In this document: one piece after another, positions 1 to 12,395 of the stretch
How positions within the stretch are numbered: the first letter of the stretch is position 1
Layout of the letters: each line of letters opens with the position of its first letter
NCBI RefSeq assembly: GCF_006345805.1
Contig: NC_042998.1
Coordinates: 162,316,001 to 162,380,000 of the forward strand
DNA length: 64,000 nucleotides
DNA from: Octopus sinensis
Taxonomy: Eukaryota
Direction: 5' to 3'
Position numbers and translations under genes: made by a program
The notes under the pieces: generated by a model
Told to the model about the DNA's origin: nothing
Seen by the model: the letters and a program-made list of their open reading frames with translations, nothing else
Databases searched by the model: none

Positions 1-850
1 TGGTGGTGGTGGATTGTGCATAAGGAAGAACATGGAAATAAGCAGTCATGACCCCAGAATAAGGAATCAGCTAACACAACTACCATTGACATCACCATCA
101 TCATCACCATCACCATGCTATTAGCACTACAAGCTCCATTATGATCAACCCCTAAAGGCACCCCTACCTCCCCTACTGTAACCACCACCACCCATCAATG
201 TCAATGTTGTCACCACCTCTACCACCTCTGTTAACACCATCAACATCATCATCACCGTCATGAACCCACCCTGCTACCTCTGCCAATCCCATCTTAACGC
301 CACCACCATCACCACCAATATCATTACCATTGCAACCACCACCCCTCTAGTATTGTCACTGCCACCATCACCACCATTGCCACAATCATTACAAGCTATT
401 CCCCATCACCATCACACCACCACCACCACCACCACCACTGTCAACCCCATCAGCAACATCACCATCATACTATCACCACCACCACTAGCCCTCCACTTAC
501 CACCGCCACCACCACCAACACCATCACCACCACCGCTGTCAACTCCATCAGCAACATCACCATCAAACCATCACCACCACCACAACAACAACAACAGCAA
601 CAACAACAACAACAACAGCAGCAGCAGCAAAAAGGGCAATTGAGTGGATAGTCAGCTTACAAACTATTCAAAAATTTCCACAACAACAACAACAACAACA
701 ACAGTAAGTTTAACAACATTAACAAAAATAAAACTATAAACAACAATTGTATCAGCAGCAACAGTACGAAGCAACAACAACAACAACAACAACTACTACA
801 ACAGCAGCAGCAGCAACAGCAGCAACAGCAACAGTAGCAGTAGCAGCCTC
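1..850. repeat. Degenerate trinucleotide tract (CAC/CAT/CAA/CAG)n
   Basis: Visible runs of cac/cat/caa/cag; the 260..643 ORF is just its translation. Confidence 0.9.
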
Positions 851-1169
851 AGAAATCAGTGGCATAAAGATATATCTGAGGCCTGTTGAATCAATAAATG
901 TTTGTGTACATTTGAAATAAGTTGTCCCAAAACTCAGACTGTGTTATAGCGAGAGGAAGTAAGATGAGGTTGAGTAGGGATAGACAGTGGTTCAGTGCTT
1001 CGATGGTTCAATGGCTGGTTGGCTGGCTGGCTGGCTAGCTGTTTGGATGGTTGGTTGGTTGGTTGGTTTTAGGGGTGGGCTAGGGTGGATTTTTCTGATG
1101 GTAATATGCTGGTAGTGCTTGTAGTTGTTTGTTTGTTTGTTTTATCACTCTTCTTTCACTTGCTTGTCT

Positions 1170-1380
1170 TTCCTTTTCTTTTACTTGTTTCATTAGATTG
1201 CGACCAAGCTGGAGCCACCACCTTGAAGAATTAAAGTTGACTGAATTGACCTCCAGATCTACGGTACTTATTTTAAAAGCCTTTTAGTCTCTTTTGCTGA
1301 ACTGCTAAGTCATGTAGATGTAAACTCACCAACACTGGTTGTCAGCCAATGGTAGAGGACAGACACAGGCAGAGACACAT
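1170..1380 (-). mobile_element. 3' half of tRNA-derived SINE family A (diverged)
   Basis: Matches the 3' half of full copies such as 37321-37722 (gccatgctggagcacc, aacactggttgtc). Confidence 0.7.
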
Positions 1381-1396
1381 ACACACGTGCGTGCAT

Positions 1397-1435
<39 letters not shown>

Positions 1436-1442
<7 letters not shown>

Positions 1443-1824
1443 ACTCTTTTACTTTTTTCAGTCATTTGACAGCAGCCATGCTGGAGCAGTTCCCCTTGTT
1501 GAGTTCTTTGTAAGCCAAGTACTTATTTTATTGGTCTCTTTTGCCGAACACCTAAGTTACGGGGACGTAAACACACCAGCATCGGTTGTCAAGCAATGTT
1601 GTGGGGACAAACACAGACACACAAACATATACACACACATGTATACACACATATATACATATATACGATGGGCTTCTTTTCAGTTTCCGTCTACCAAATC
1701 CACTCACAAGGTTTTGGTCGGCCCGAGACTATAGTAAGAGACACTGCCCAAGGTGTCACGCAGTGGGACTGAACCCAGAACCATGTGGTTGGTAAGCAAG
1801 CTACTTACCACACATCCACTCCTG
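1436..1824 (-). mobile_element. Full-length tRNA-derived SINE family A with internal (CA/TA)n microsatellite
   Basis: On the minus strand: A-box-like TGGATGTGTGG, B-box GGTTCAGTCC, internal microsatellite and (GTAAAAGA)n tail; near-identical to other copies in the window. Confidence 0.9.
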
Positions 1825-1840
1825 GCTGGTTGGTGACAAG

Positions 1841-1998
1841 GTTCTTTCAGTTTCCATTTACTAAATTCACTCACAAGGCTTCGGTTAGCCTGAGACTATA
1901 GTAGAAGACACTTGCGCAAGGTGTCATGCAGTGGGACTGAACCATGGACCATGTGGTTGGAAAGCAAACTCCTTAACACACAGCCACGCTTGCGCCTG
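1841..1998 (-). mobile_element. 5' half of SINE family A
   Basis: Head and body match family A up to the internal microsatellite. Confidence 0.8.
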
Positions 1999-2379
1999 GT
2001 CACATTTTTAACCAAAGACATTATAGTAATGACTTTTTTGCTTTTCTTATTCAACGTGTCTGATGAGGAAGAATATTATATGCACCCTTCAGGTGGTGTA
2101 ACAAAACTGGTTGTGCCACCAAAGAGCAACCTTTGAATTTACTCTTCCACCAGCAGTCTTCCGACAGACCCAAAAGTGCCAACTCCATAAAAGCGTTACC
2201 CAGGGAAGATCACACCCTTCATATATACTTCTGTGCCTGTTTTTTATATTTCAAAAAATGGTCAACCACAAAATGAGGGAGATTTGGCTGCTATTTTGTA
2301 ACAGTGATAGTGAGAATGGCAATGAAGATGGTAGCACTGGTAGCATGATGCTGATGATGGTTATGAATTTTCAAAGTCA

Positions 2380-2801
2380 GTGATGAAGGAGGCAGTGGTA
2401 AAGGAAGCAGTGGTGAAGGAGGCGGTGATGGTAGTGGTGGTAATGGTGATGATGGCGTTGGAGACGACGGTGGTGGTGGTGGTGGTGGCAGCAGTTGTTT
2501 GGTAATACTGATGTTAGCTGTGGATTTACAGTGGTGGTGTTGGTGTTGGTGGTGCAGCTGATGAATGTGACGGTTACTGGTTAGTGATAGTGTATAAAAG
2601 TTGTGATGATGATGATGGTGGCGGTGCCGACGGCAGCGGTAACGGTAGTGGGTGGGTCGTGTTGGCGATGGATTTGTGGTGGTTGTAATTATTGTTGTGA
2701 TGGTTATTGATTTAATGACAGCACTAGCGAGTGATGTAGTGGTGATGGGGGGGGCAATGTTGTTGGAAGTAGTAGTAGTCGTGGTAGTGGTAGTAGTAGT
2801 A

Positions 2802-2832
<31 letters not shown>

Positions 2833-2833
2833 T

Positions 2834-2874
<41 letters not shown>

Positions 2875-3030
2875 GGTGGTGGTGAACATGGTAATAACAG
2901 TAGAGTTTTATTGATCTGATGGTGGTGGTGGTGGTTGTGATAATACTGGTGATTCATTGCCGATGTGGTATGGGACAAATAATTTGTTTAGTGGTGGTGG
3001 TGGTGTGGTGGTGGTGGTTGTGGTAGTAGT
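2380..3030. repeat. (GGT/GAT/GTA)n low-complexity tract
   Basis: Direct reading; includes a pure (GTA)n run at about 2800-2860. Confidence 0.9.
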
Positions 3031-3388
3031 AGTTTAGTCCCATGTCAGCTAAACCAGTCCTAACTGAGTGGACCTGTAGCAACAGCTTTCCGACCATGAC
3101 CGTCCTGTCATTCTATTTCCTATATATAGTACAGGAGGACCCCTATTATCCAACAAGCCCTTTTATTCTTCTAAGAGAACAGGGGAGAGGTGTGTGAGAT
3201 TTGAGAGTGAAAAGAGAGAGAAAGAGAGAGAGAGAGAGTTGTTGCTGCCATTTTTAGCAGAGTGGGTGACCTCATAGGAGCTTTCTCATTGCCCGGAGAT
3301 TGTACAACTTGTATGAATTTAAAGTTGGGGGCAATGATATGGATTTAGTGCTGACGGATAACAAGGAAGCAGCAGCAGCAGCAGCGGC

Positions 3389-3433
<45 letters not shown>

Positions 3434-3879
3434 TAAATGATTCATTGATGAGTGGTGACAGTCAACTTGGGGGTTGGGGCAAGTTGCGGATAGGACGGAG
3501 TGGGATGGTGTGTCGATGAAATCAAAGTACGTAATGTTTGTCGGACTTGAATGAATCGGTCAGAATTGGGATTACCAGTGAGGGAGATGCGGACGGAGAA
3601 GGAAGTGTGTGTGGGTGTGTGAGTGGTGGGGGAGGGGAGTGAAAGCAGGCAGAGAGAATGAGCGACTCTGCATGCATGCGTGTGTGTGTGTATGCGTGTG
3701 TGTGTGTGTATGCGTGTGCCTCTCTGTGGGCGGTGGGTGAGTGCACATGTAGAATGCTGTGGCTAAGAATGGTGTGAGTGAGTTAGGTGAGGTTGGACCA
3801 ACCCAATGACCAGCCTGATGGAATGGGTGTAAATGAGAGAATCAACAAAAGAGGTGAGGGAGAGGGATGGAGGGTGAGT

Positions 3880-4780
3880 GGCTATGTGTGATTGTATGTA
3901 TGGATGTGCGACTCTGTGTGTGTGTGTAAGTGTGATTGTATGAGTGTATGACTATATGTGTATGCAAGACAGTATGTGTATATGTGTAATTGTATGCATG
4001 TGTATGACTGCACATATGTGTGATTGTGTGTGTATGACTGTATGTGTGTATATACACGTGTGACAGTGTGTGCATGTATGAGTGTATGTGTCTATGCATG
4101 ACTGTATGTGCTTATATGTATAGTTGTATGTCTGACTATGTGTGATTATGTGTGTGTGTGACTATGTGTGAATGTATGCATATGTGTGATTGTATGTGTG
4201 TATGACTGTATGTGTATATGTGTAATAGTATGTGTGTGTGACCTCATGTATGTGTGTGACTGTGTGTGAGTATGTGTGATTGCATGTGTGTATCACTGCA
4301 TGTGGGTATGTATGACTGTATGTGTATATGTGTAATAGTATATGTGTATGTGACCTTATGTATGTGTGTGACTGTGTGTGTGAGTATGTGTGATTGTATG
4401 TGTGTATCACTGCATGTGGGTATGTATGACTGTATGTGTATATGTGTAATAGAATATGTGTATGTGACCTTATGTATGTGTGTGACTGTGTGTGTGAGTA
4501 TGTGTGATTGTATGTGTGTATCACTGCATGTGGGTATGTATGACTGTATATGTATATGTGTGTTTGTGTTGTGTGACTGTATGACTGTGTGCAAATCTGT
4601 GTATTTGTCATTGTATGCATGCATGACTGTATGCGTGTATGTGTGACTGAATGTATATGGATATACGAATACATGTATGTGTGTATGTATGATTGTGTAT
4701 GTATGATTGTGTGTGTCTTTATGTGTATGTATGTGTGTTAATGTTTTACTGCATGTGAGTATGTATGACTGAATGTGCAT
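3880..4780. repeat. TG-rich tract containing a 114-bp higher-order tandem repeat (~3.3 copies, ~4190-4560)
   Basis: tatcactgcatgtgggtatg recurs at 4291, 4405 and 4519 (period 114). Confidence 0.9.
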
Positions 4781-5019
4781 GTGATTGAATGAATGAATGA
4801 ATGAATGAATGAATGAATGAATGAATGAATGAATGAATGAAAACAATTAAACAAAAACAACACAAACAACAATTTATGAACCATCTAATCAACAAGCACC
4901 CTTTACTCTCCAACCAAATTCAAACCTCCCTTCCTCTCTCCCTCTCTCTCTCCCACTCTCTCTCTCTCCCTCTCTGTCTTTTTCATTCAACAATTAAACT
5001 CTTTCTCCTTTGAAGCACC

Positions 5020-6090
5020 CAAACAGACACACATGCACACACAAGCATACACCAATGCACTTTGTCACACATACATACGTACATAAATACTCTCTCACAC
5101 ACACATATTCACAACCACTCACACATATACACATAAATATTCACACACACATAGAAACACACACTCACACATACATACAAAAAAGCACACATAGATGCAC
5201 TTACACACACACATACAAATACACACACACACATATACACACACAATACAGATAGAGAGACAAAGTCATTCAGTCAAGTATAAATACACACACACACACA
5301 CATGCAATCATGCATGCACAGACACTGACCTGCTCTCTCTCTTTCACACATACACACACAAACACACATACACATACATACACACTTACACACACATATA
5401 CACTTATACACACACACAAGCCCACATACACAAACATATACACACACTCAAGCATACACATACACATACATATACATATACACACACAAGCACACACATA
5501 CACATACATACACACACATACAAACACGCACACAGACACATATTCACACACACACACACATGCAATCATGCACGCACATACACTGACCTGCTCTCTCTCT
5601 CTTTCACACATACACACACAAACACACATACACATACATACACACTTACACACACATATACACTTATACACACACACAAGCCCACATACACAAACATATA
5701 CACACACTCAAGCATACACATACACATACATATACATATACACACACAAGCACACACATACACATACATACACACACATACAAACACGCACACAGACACA
5801 TATTCACACACACACACACATGCAATCATGCACGCACATACACTGACCTGCTCTCTCTCTTTCACACATACACACACAAACACACATACACATACATACA
5901 CACTTACACATATATACACTTATACACACACACACAAGCCCACATACACAAACATATACACACACACAAGCATACACATACACATACATATACATATACA
6001 CATACACACACGTACACATACATACACACACATACAAACACGCACGCACACATACACACGCACGCACACACACATACACATTCACTCACA
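5020..6090. repeat. CA-rich tract containing a 258-260-bp higher-order tandem repeat (~2.8 copies)
   Basis: catgcaatcatgca recurs at 5301, 5559 and 5819. Confidence 0.9.
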
Positions 6091-6598
6091 TACAATAGAA
6101 ACCCTACCACCCATCAGCCAAGTTAAACATAAGGTTTCATAGTATATATAATGGCTGTGTGGCCACAACTTAAACTGTTAACTAAGAATTGTTGATGGCC
6201 ATGTTTGAAATGAAACCAATTTCCTTGATTGCTACTTTTTGTACTATGCCCTCCCATCACATCGTACCAACCCTGTCCTTCCCACAACACTTTCATTCAA
6301 TGTCGTGTGGCTGTTGTTTTATGTAGCACACAGGCTATTTTATAATGAGGGTGTGTTGTTACACGTCTCATAAATACGCATCTTATTTATGCATAAGTGC
6401 ACTTGAACACATACACGTGGGTGCAGAAGCATACATAAGTATATGCACTTAGACATGTACATGCAAATGTGGAAACTAGGTGTCCCATTTATGAAGCATG
6501 ATTTATTAAGCAGTGAAATTATAAAGGTATGGGACACCTGGTGTGTGTGCTTTTGTGTTTGAGAGTGTGTGTGTGCATATGTGTCTATACATATACAT

Positions 6599-6682
<84 letters not shown>

Positions 6683-6782
6683 CATAATGACTCTTTCTAG
6701 GCACAGCAATATATATACGTATGTAAATATGTATATACATGTATGTATGTAAATATATAAGAATATATGTGTGTATGTATAT

Positions 6783-7030
6783 AGGTGTGGCTGTGAGGTA
6801 AAAAATTTACTTCACAACCATATGGTTCTAAGTTCAATCATGTGGCATGCCACTGTAGGCAAAAGTCTTCTACTATAGTCTTCGGTCAGCCAATACTTTG
6901 TGAGAGGATTTGATAGACAGAAACAGAAAGAAGCTTGTGTGTGTGTGTATATATATATATGTAATATGTGTGTGTGCCTTTGTGTCAGTGCTTGTCTCCC
7001 ACAACTGGTGTTGGCATATTTACATCCCAT
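6783..7030 (+). mobile_element. SINE family A, diverged, 3'-truncated
   Basis: Head ggtgtggctgtgaggtaa, then body matching the reverse complement of the minus copies. Confidence 0.75.
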
Positions 7031-7539
7031 AATCTTCTTGGACAAAGAACATAGATCTATTATTCATACTCAACAAATATTCATGATACCTCTGTGCTGT
7101 GATCCAATTTTGATTACCAGTTTTTGTAATCTCCGTAAATCCTTTAGGATTCAGATTGCACTGTCAATAAAATTTTTATGCAGGGATTCAAAGCCTTAGT
7201 CACATTATTTTAAAGTAATTCTCCATTATTTCATAGCTTTGGGATTTTAATGGTTTGATTATTTACTTCTAGAATGGCATGTAGGGTAGGTGTAAAAGAA
7301 TGGATCTGGCCAGTTTGACCATAAAACAATTAGAATATTTTGGCCTGAAATGGCTAGTTTAATTGCTAAAGAGTTAAATTATTTGTTTAAGCTTGTGTGG
7401 AAAGGCATGAACATCATAATCTAATTTTCTATCTCTTCATCATCCTTAATTACACAAGACAACGAGGAAGCTTTTATATGTTCACTTAATCTGCTAGAAA
7501 TAGTAACTAAATTTCCATCAAATCACACCCTACCATAAA

Positions 7540-7690
7540 TGCAGACATGGTACTGTGGTTAAGAAGCTTGCTTTGCAATCATTTAGTTTTGGGTTCAGTC
7601 CCCCTATGTGGCACCTTAGGCAAGTGTCTTGTACTATAGCCTCGGGGCTGACCAACGTCTTGTGTGATGGAAACTGTATGAAAGCCTGTT
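7540..7690 (+). mobile_element. SINE family A 5' half
   Basis: gggttcagtccccctatgtggcaccttaggcaagtgtctt matches the family A head. Confidence 0.75.
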
Positions 7691-7743
7691 GTGTGTGTGT
7701 GTATGTATACATACATATATGTATGTATGTGTAAGTATATATC

Positions 7744-7782
<39 letters not shown>

Positions 7783-7783
7783 T

Positions 7784-7821
<38 letters not shown>

Positions 7822-8003
7822 TATATGTAAAGGTAAGATCCTAGGCTCCTGGTGTAGGAAGTTAGTAAGCTTTGAGCAGTCTGTAGAAGGCTGCAAATTT
7901 TCCCATACCGAAGTTCAATAAGCCGAAAAAGATTATTTTATAGTTTGTGGTTAGCAACTAGGGTTGCTGTGTATGCATGTATGTATGTATATATGTATAT
8001 ATT

Positions 8004-8575
8004 GTCAGGTCACTTTCGAGTGCTACTGGTAACATGTAACCCAGTACAACTTGTTGCATGGTCGGGTCATTGGTGACTAAACCGGCAACCTCACCAAGCT
8101 TGCTTGGTGAGGAGGATGTTTATTGGACACCCTGCGGGATGAAAAACAAAACTCGTCAAAGGGCAGAGGAACTCTTGAGAGTCAACAGCCATCCAATAAA
8201 TGTCTTATGGCTGTATCATGCACGGAGACATAGAAATAATCGGACTGAATACCCGATCGCACATTTAAACCATTGGGAGTGAAGGACTCCTAGCCTTTGT
8301 TAGGGCATCCTTCTAGGAGAGGTAACTCAGGTAACTGGGATAACTCCGACATAAAATCTGCGGCTCAGTGGTTACCGATGATGTTGACTTGTTCTTCTTT
8401 TCGGATTATGGCTGCTGTTGCTTAGTGATGGGGATTGACTCAGTGCACAGTCTTTCCTCACTTTAAAAAAAATCTTCTTGCACAGGCATTGCACAATAAC
8501 AACATTGATTAAGCTTCATGCAATGGCCATACTCGATAATGAGGGGGCAGCCACCATATATGTATATATATATAT
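8004..8575 (+). mobile_element. RTE-type LINE 5'UTR-like fragment or derived non-autonomous element
   Basis: Contains gggcatccttctaggagaggtaactc, resembling the ctaggagaagg..aactc motif of RTE 5'UTRs as I recall it; HDV-like fold at its 5' end; perfect 10-bp stem with G(CUUG)C tetraloop at 8089-8112. Confidence 0.5.
8005..8085 (+). ncRNA. HDV-like ribozyme fold (P1 5' strand missing)
   Basis: P2 CAGGU(8006-10)/ACCGG(8081-85) with one mismatch; P3 CAC/GUG around L3 UUUCGA; CUACU then GG; J4/2 CUAA with C8077. Confidence 0.4.
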
Positions 8576-8587
8576 ATATATATGTCT

Positions 8588-8815
8588 TCCAAGTTACTTG
8601 GTGACCCTGCCAGTGCTAGTGCCATGTAAAAAGCATCCTGTCCATACTGTGAAGTGGTTGGCATTTGGAAGGGCATCCAGCCATAAAAAAAACCATGCCA
8701 AAATGGACTCTGAAGCCTGATACAGTCTTCTGCTTAACCAACTCCTGTCAAACCGTCCAACTCATGCCAGCATGGAAAACAGGCATTAAATGATGATGAT
8801 GATGATGGTGATGAT
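8588..8815 (+). mobile_element. Family C repeat (RTE-like 3' end, (ATG)n tail)
   Basis: gtgccatgtaaaaagca...tggttggcatttggaagggcatccagcc...gccagcatggaaaac...(atg)n; at least 7 copies in the window. Confidence 0.8.
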
Positions 8816-8829
8816 GTATGTGTATGTGT

Positions 8830-9046
8830 ATTGCCCTTGTGCCTGTGTTTGTCCATCTTACCTCACTGCTTGACCATTAGTGATGGTTTGTTTACATACT
8901 TGTAACTGTATGGTTCAGCCAAAGAGAGTGATAGAATGAAACATAGGAACATAAGTTCTAAGGGTGATCTGTTTGACTAAAAGCCTTCAAAGTGTTGTCC
9001 CAGCATGGCCACAGTCTGATGACAGTAACAAATAAAAGATAAAAGC
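8830..9046 (+). mobile_element. SINE family A 3' half
   Basis: ccagcatggccacagtctgatgacagtaacaaataaaagataaaag tail. Confidence 0.7.
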
Positions 9047-9269
9047 TACCACCTTGGAAATGGGAGAGATGCGTCGGACAATGTCTTAGATGCATTGTAC
9101 CGAGAGAAACGAGCAGATGGCCACCATTGGAATGAGATTGGTCATTGGTTTTCCTTCTCTCTGTCCAATCTGATGTGAGGTTAAATAGCAACAATCACAC
9201 ACACACACCATCTCTAAGCAAACATACACTCACACACACACACACACACACACATACACACACACACAC

Positions 9270-9305
<36 letters not shown>

Positions 9306-9556
9306 TACATACATAAATCTTAAAATTGTCATGCCTATGTAAATGAATCCTGTGTTGTCAGTGTGAATGTACACAACTCTGTCTGTTTGGTATTATTACT
9401 GTCTGATTGTGTTGATGAGACAGCTCAATCAGCATTGTCAATAGAACTGTTTTTGCTTTGCAGCCCTTGCTAGTTAGTATGCATACTTTCATAATGAATT
9501 TACTTTGTGTCAGTAGGTCTGTCTGTCTGTCTGTTTGTTTGTCAGTTCCCCCTCTT

Positions 9557-9600
<44 letters not shown>

Positions 9601-9627
9601 CAAACACACATACACACACACACATAT

Positions 9628-9912
9628 ATCATCATCATCATTATCGTCATCATAATTTAACAATCAGCTTCCATGCTGGCATGGGTTGGACAGTTTGACT
9701 GGAGCCGACCTGGTAGAAGACTACCCCAGGCTACTGTGTCTGTTTTGGCATAGTTTCTAACAGCTTGATGTCCTTCCTAACACCAACCACTCTATAGAGT
9801 GGTCCGACTTCTATTGATATGTTACCAGCATAGTTTTTACAGCTGGATGTCCTTTCAAATGCCAACCAAATCATTGTGTGGACTGGATACTTTTTACATG
9901 GTACCAGCACCG
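9628..9912 (-). mobile_element. Family C repeat
   Basis: (cat)n then ttccatgctggcatgggttggacagtttgac, the reverse complement of the family C 3' end. Confidence 0.8.
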
Positions 9913-9972
9913 ACAAGGAATTTTGAGACGGGAGGGAGCATTAGAAGAAGTGATCTTATATATATATATAAG

Positions 9973-10010
9973 TCTTTAACGTTTCGAGCCTACGCTCTTC
10001 AACAGAAAGA
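9973..10010 (-). ncRNA. Hammerhead-like motif (type I, A6U core variant) in a Penelope-like fragment
   Basis: UCUUU-CUGUUGA-A-GAGC-GUAG-GCUC-GAAA-CGUU-AAAGA: perfect stem I (5 bp) and stem II (4 bp), palindromic stem III. Confidence 0.55.
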
Positions 10011-10035
10011 TACACAGAGAAAAAACACAGAAAGA

Positions 10036-10560
10036 AAGGTAGTACTTAGAAGACATTCTCTTACACTTGGCAATGATGGGGACTGTTTTCTCTTTTGATT
10101 TTACATAACCAACACTTATTATCAGGTGACACTTTACAACTTTTGTGTAGAAGTTACTTGTTAGGAAATTCTTGTTCCTGGACTCAATAGAGGTAATCTT
10201 CAAGATGAGATGTTTTAAACTTCTTGGTACTCAATGCCCAACATTCAGAATGGTTTATTGTAGACCATTTTTGTTTTTTAGGTACCCCTGTACATCTTAC
10301 TCAATCATCTGGTTGTTGCTCTTTCTACAGTGTTGCTGCATTAAATTTCCATTGTCCCTAGGAAAGAGATCTCTGTTAACTGTTATTTCATGCTTCAAGT
10401 TTCTAAGCAGTTAAAAGCATCTTCTTATTTTTGTGCTTGTAAACTTGAGCAATAAAGTTGCTGAGTATTTTGTTTCGATTTTTACTGTTTTTGTTGGTGT
10501 TACTTCTGTGTGCTAATCCAGTCCCAAGTCTCAAATAATATTAATATAGATTTTAAAGTC
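10036..10560 (-). pseudogene. R4/Dong-type RLE LINE remnant, zinc-knuckle region
   Basis: Frameshifted minus-strand translation ...HLEDYLY*VQEQEFPNK...DNKCWLCKIK / EKTVPIIAKCKRMSSKYYL matches the QEQ..CxxC...ETxxHxxxxC region of RLE LINEs. Confidence 0.65.
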
Positions 10561-10664
10561 TCGGCTATCTTTCTCAAAACAGGAGATATGATGTATCTAT
10601 ATTACTAATAACTTATGTTGAAACATCCAGTAACACTGAACAGTTTCAGAGTATATGTACATGC

Positions 10665-10865
10665 ATATATGGTTAATCCAAACATGAAAACACAAAGAGA
10701 AAACACAGCAACACGAGGATGTGAAACAAGTATAGTGTTATGGGACGCTCAGGAAGGAAAGAATGAAGGAGGATTTAACGTTTCAAGTGGAGCTCTTCAT
10801 CAGAAACATAGAAAAAGGAAAGATCCAAGGAAGGGAAGATGTAGGGAAAAAAAAAGTATTCATGT
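10665..10865 (-). mobile_element. Penelope-like non-autonomous fragment with hammerhead motif (10773-10808)
   Basis: Same family as 50030-50240 in opposite orientation; UUU-CUGAUGA-AGAGCUCCACUU-GAAA-CGUU-AAA. Confidence 0.6.
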
Positions 10866-11462
10866 TTGTGTGTATGCCTTGTGTGTATGCATTGTATCTT
10901 CCTTCCTTCGTTTCTTCTGTTTCTTTCTGCCTTTCTTTCTTTCTTCCCTTGCTGTTGTTTGCATCAATGATTTACATGCATATAAAATTTACAATCCTTA
11001 TTTTCTTTGACTGCTTTTGTTTTAGTCAATATTCAATTATTTTCAATTACTATCAGCTTTACATTCTGAGTTCAGATTCCACCAAGGTTGACTACACTTT
11101 TCATCTTTTCAGGATCAGGAAAATAAGCATCAAGCAAGTACAGAAGAAGTGATCTAATCAACTACACTACTCCTTCAAAAAAATGTGTGGCCTTTTTAGT
11201 TCAGTTAGAAATCACTTTAACAAACAGCGATGGATTTGCAGGATTGTAAAGAACTGGGACAAAACGTTTTGTGGATCTAATTAGATCCCTTTAAAGAGCT
11301 CTCCTTGTGTAATCCAGAGAGAAATTGAGAGCAACCCTCACCAACATTTAGAGAGAAATCTTGATTGATAAAATAAGTACCAGTCAAGTACTGGGCTTGA
11401 TGTAACCAATTTCTTTCTCCCGTCAAAAACTGCTAGTTCTGTGCCAAAATTTGTAACCATTA

Positions 11463-12187
11463 CTATTATTATTATTATTATTATTATTTTCATTAGCATC
11501 TTCTTTCAATTCTGTTTCCATTTCTTGCTGAGTGTCTTCCTGACACCTAGGGCAAAGAAAGTTACTGTATACATTGGCAGGCCATTAAAATAAACACACC
11601 AGATTGTTCATTTCAAAGTCATGTGATAGAGAAAAAGGGGAAGACAGAGAGAAAAGGGAAAAAATAAAAATATTAAAGAGGAAACAAATAAAACAAAGGG
11701 GTAAAAAAAGGAAAGAAAATTCACATCAACAATGCTTTTCTAAATAAGGGTGACATACCAGTTAAGACAATCTTTTGCACTGCTTGCATGGATGGTAAGC
11801 CAGGGGTCATTCTTAGATAATTTTCACTTCCTTTTTTGATCATTCCAAGTGCTCCTACAATCACTAGTATTGTAACTGTCTTGAGATGCCACATCTTTTC
11901 GATTTCAATTAGCAAATCTTTATACTTTCTGAGCTTATCAAATTCTTTTGCTGAGATATTATAGTCACAGGGTATGCTCATGTCAATCAATAAACAGACT
12001 TTATTGTTTTGGTCTTTTACAACAATATCTGGTTTATTTGTTTTGATGGTCTCGGCTGTACATACTGAGAAATCCCAAAGAATAGTTACATTTTCTCCCT
12101 CAGTTACAGCCTCAGAGTGGTGCTTGTACCATTGGCCAGCAGTTTTGATTTTATAATGCTGACACGCCCAATGTAGATATTGGCCAA
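11463..12187 (-). pseudogene. R4/Dong-type LINE 3' end: RLE endonuclease domain, 3'UTR and (TAA)n
   Basis: ORF 11721..12254: GQYLHW..WYKH..ILWDF..KPDIVVKD..CLLIDMSIP..KYKDL..IVGALG..QKIVL, the PD-(D/E)xK RLE signature; element ends at (TAA)n near 11463-11487; 5' side cut by a SINE at 12188. Confidence 0.9.
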
Positions 12188-12395
12188 GGCAGTGAGCTGA
12201 CAGAATCATTAACATACCGTTTGATATACTTAGTGGTATTTCATCCGTTTTCATGTTCTGAGTTCAAATTCCTTTCAAGGTCAATAAATTATGTACCAGT
12301 GAAATACTGGGGTCAATGTCATCAACTAGTCTCCTTTGTCAAATTTCAGGCTTTGTGCCTTTAGTAGAAAGAGTTATTATTATTATTATCATTAG
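12188..12395 (+). mobile_element. SINE family B (tRNA-like head, conserved ctttcatcc..gtcgataaa..agtaccag core, (TTA)n tail)
   Basis: ggcagtgagctgacagaatc...gagttcaaattcc...aagtaccag; at least 12 copies in the window. The core resembles Deu/Nin-type SINE domains (from memory). Confidence 0.8.

Noticed and set aside
846-882. 8-bp inverted repeat GCCTCAGA/TCTGAGGC with a 21-nt loop
   Set aside because: Expected by chance in 64 kb; no other support.
2061-2100. CTGATGA near 2061
   Set aside because: No stem II or downstream GAAA in register.
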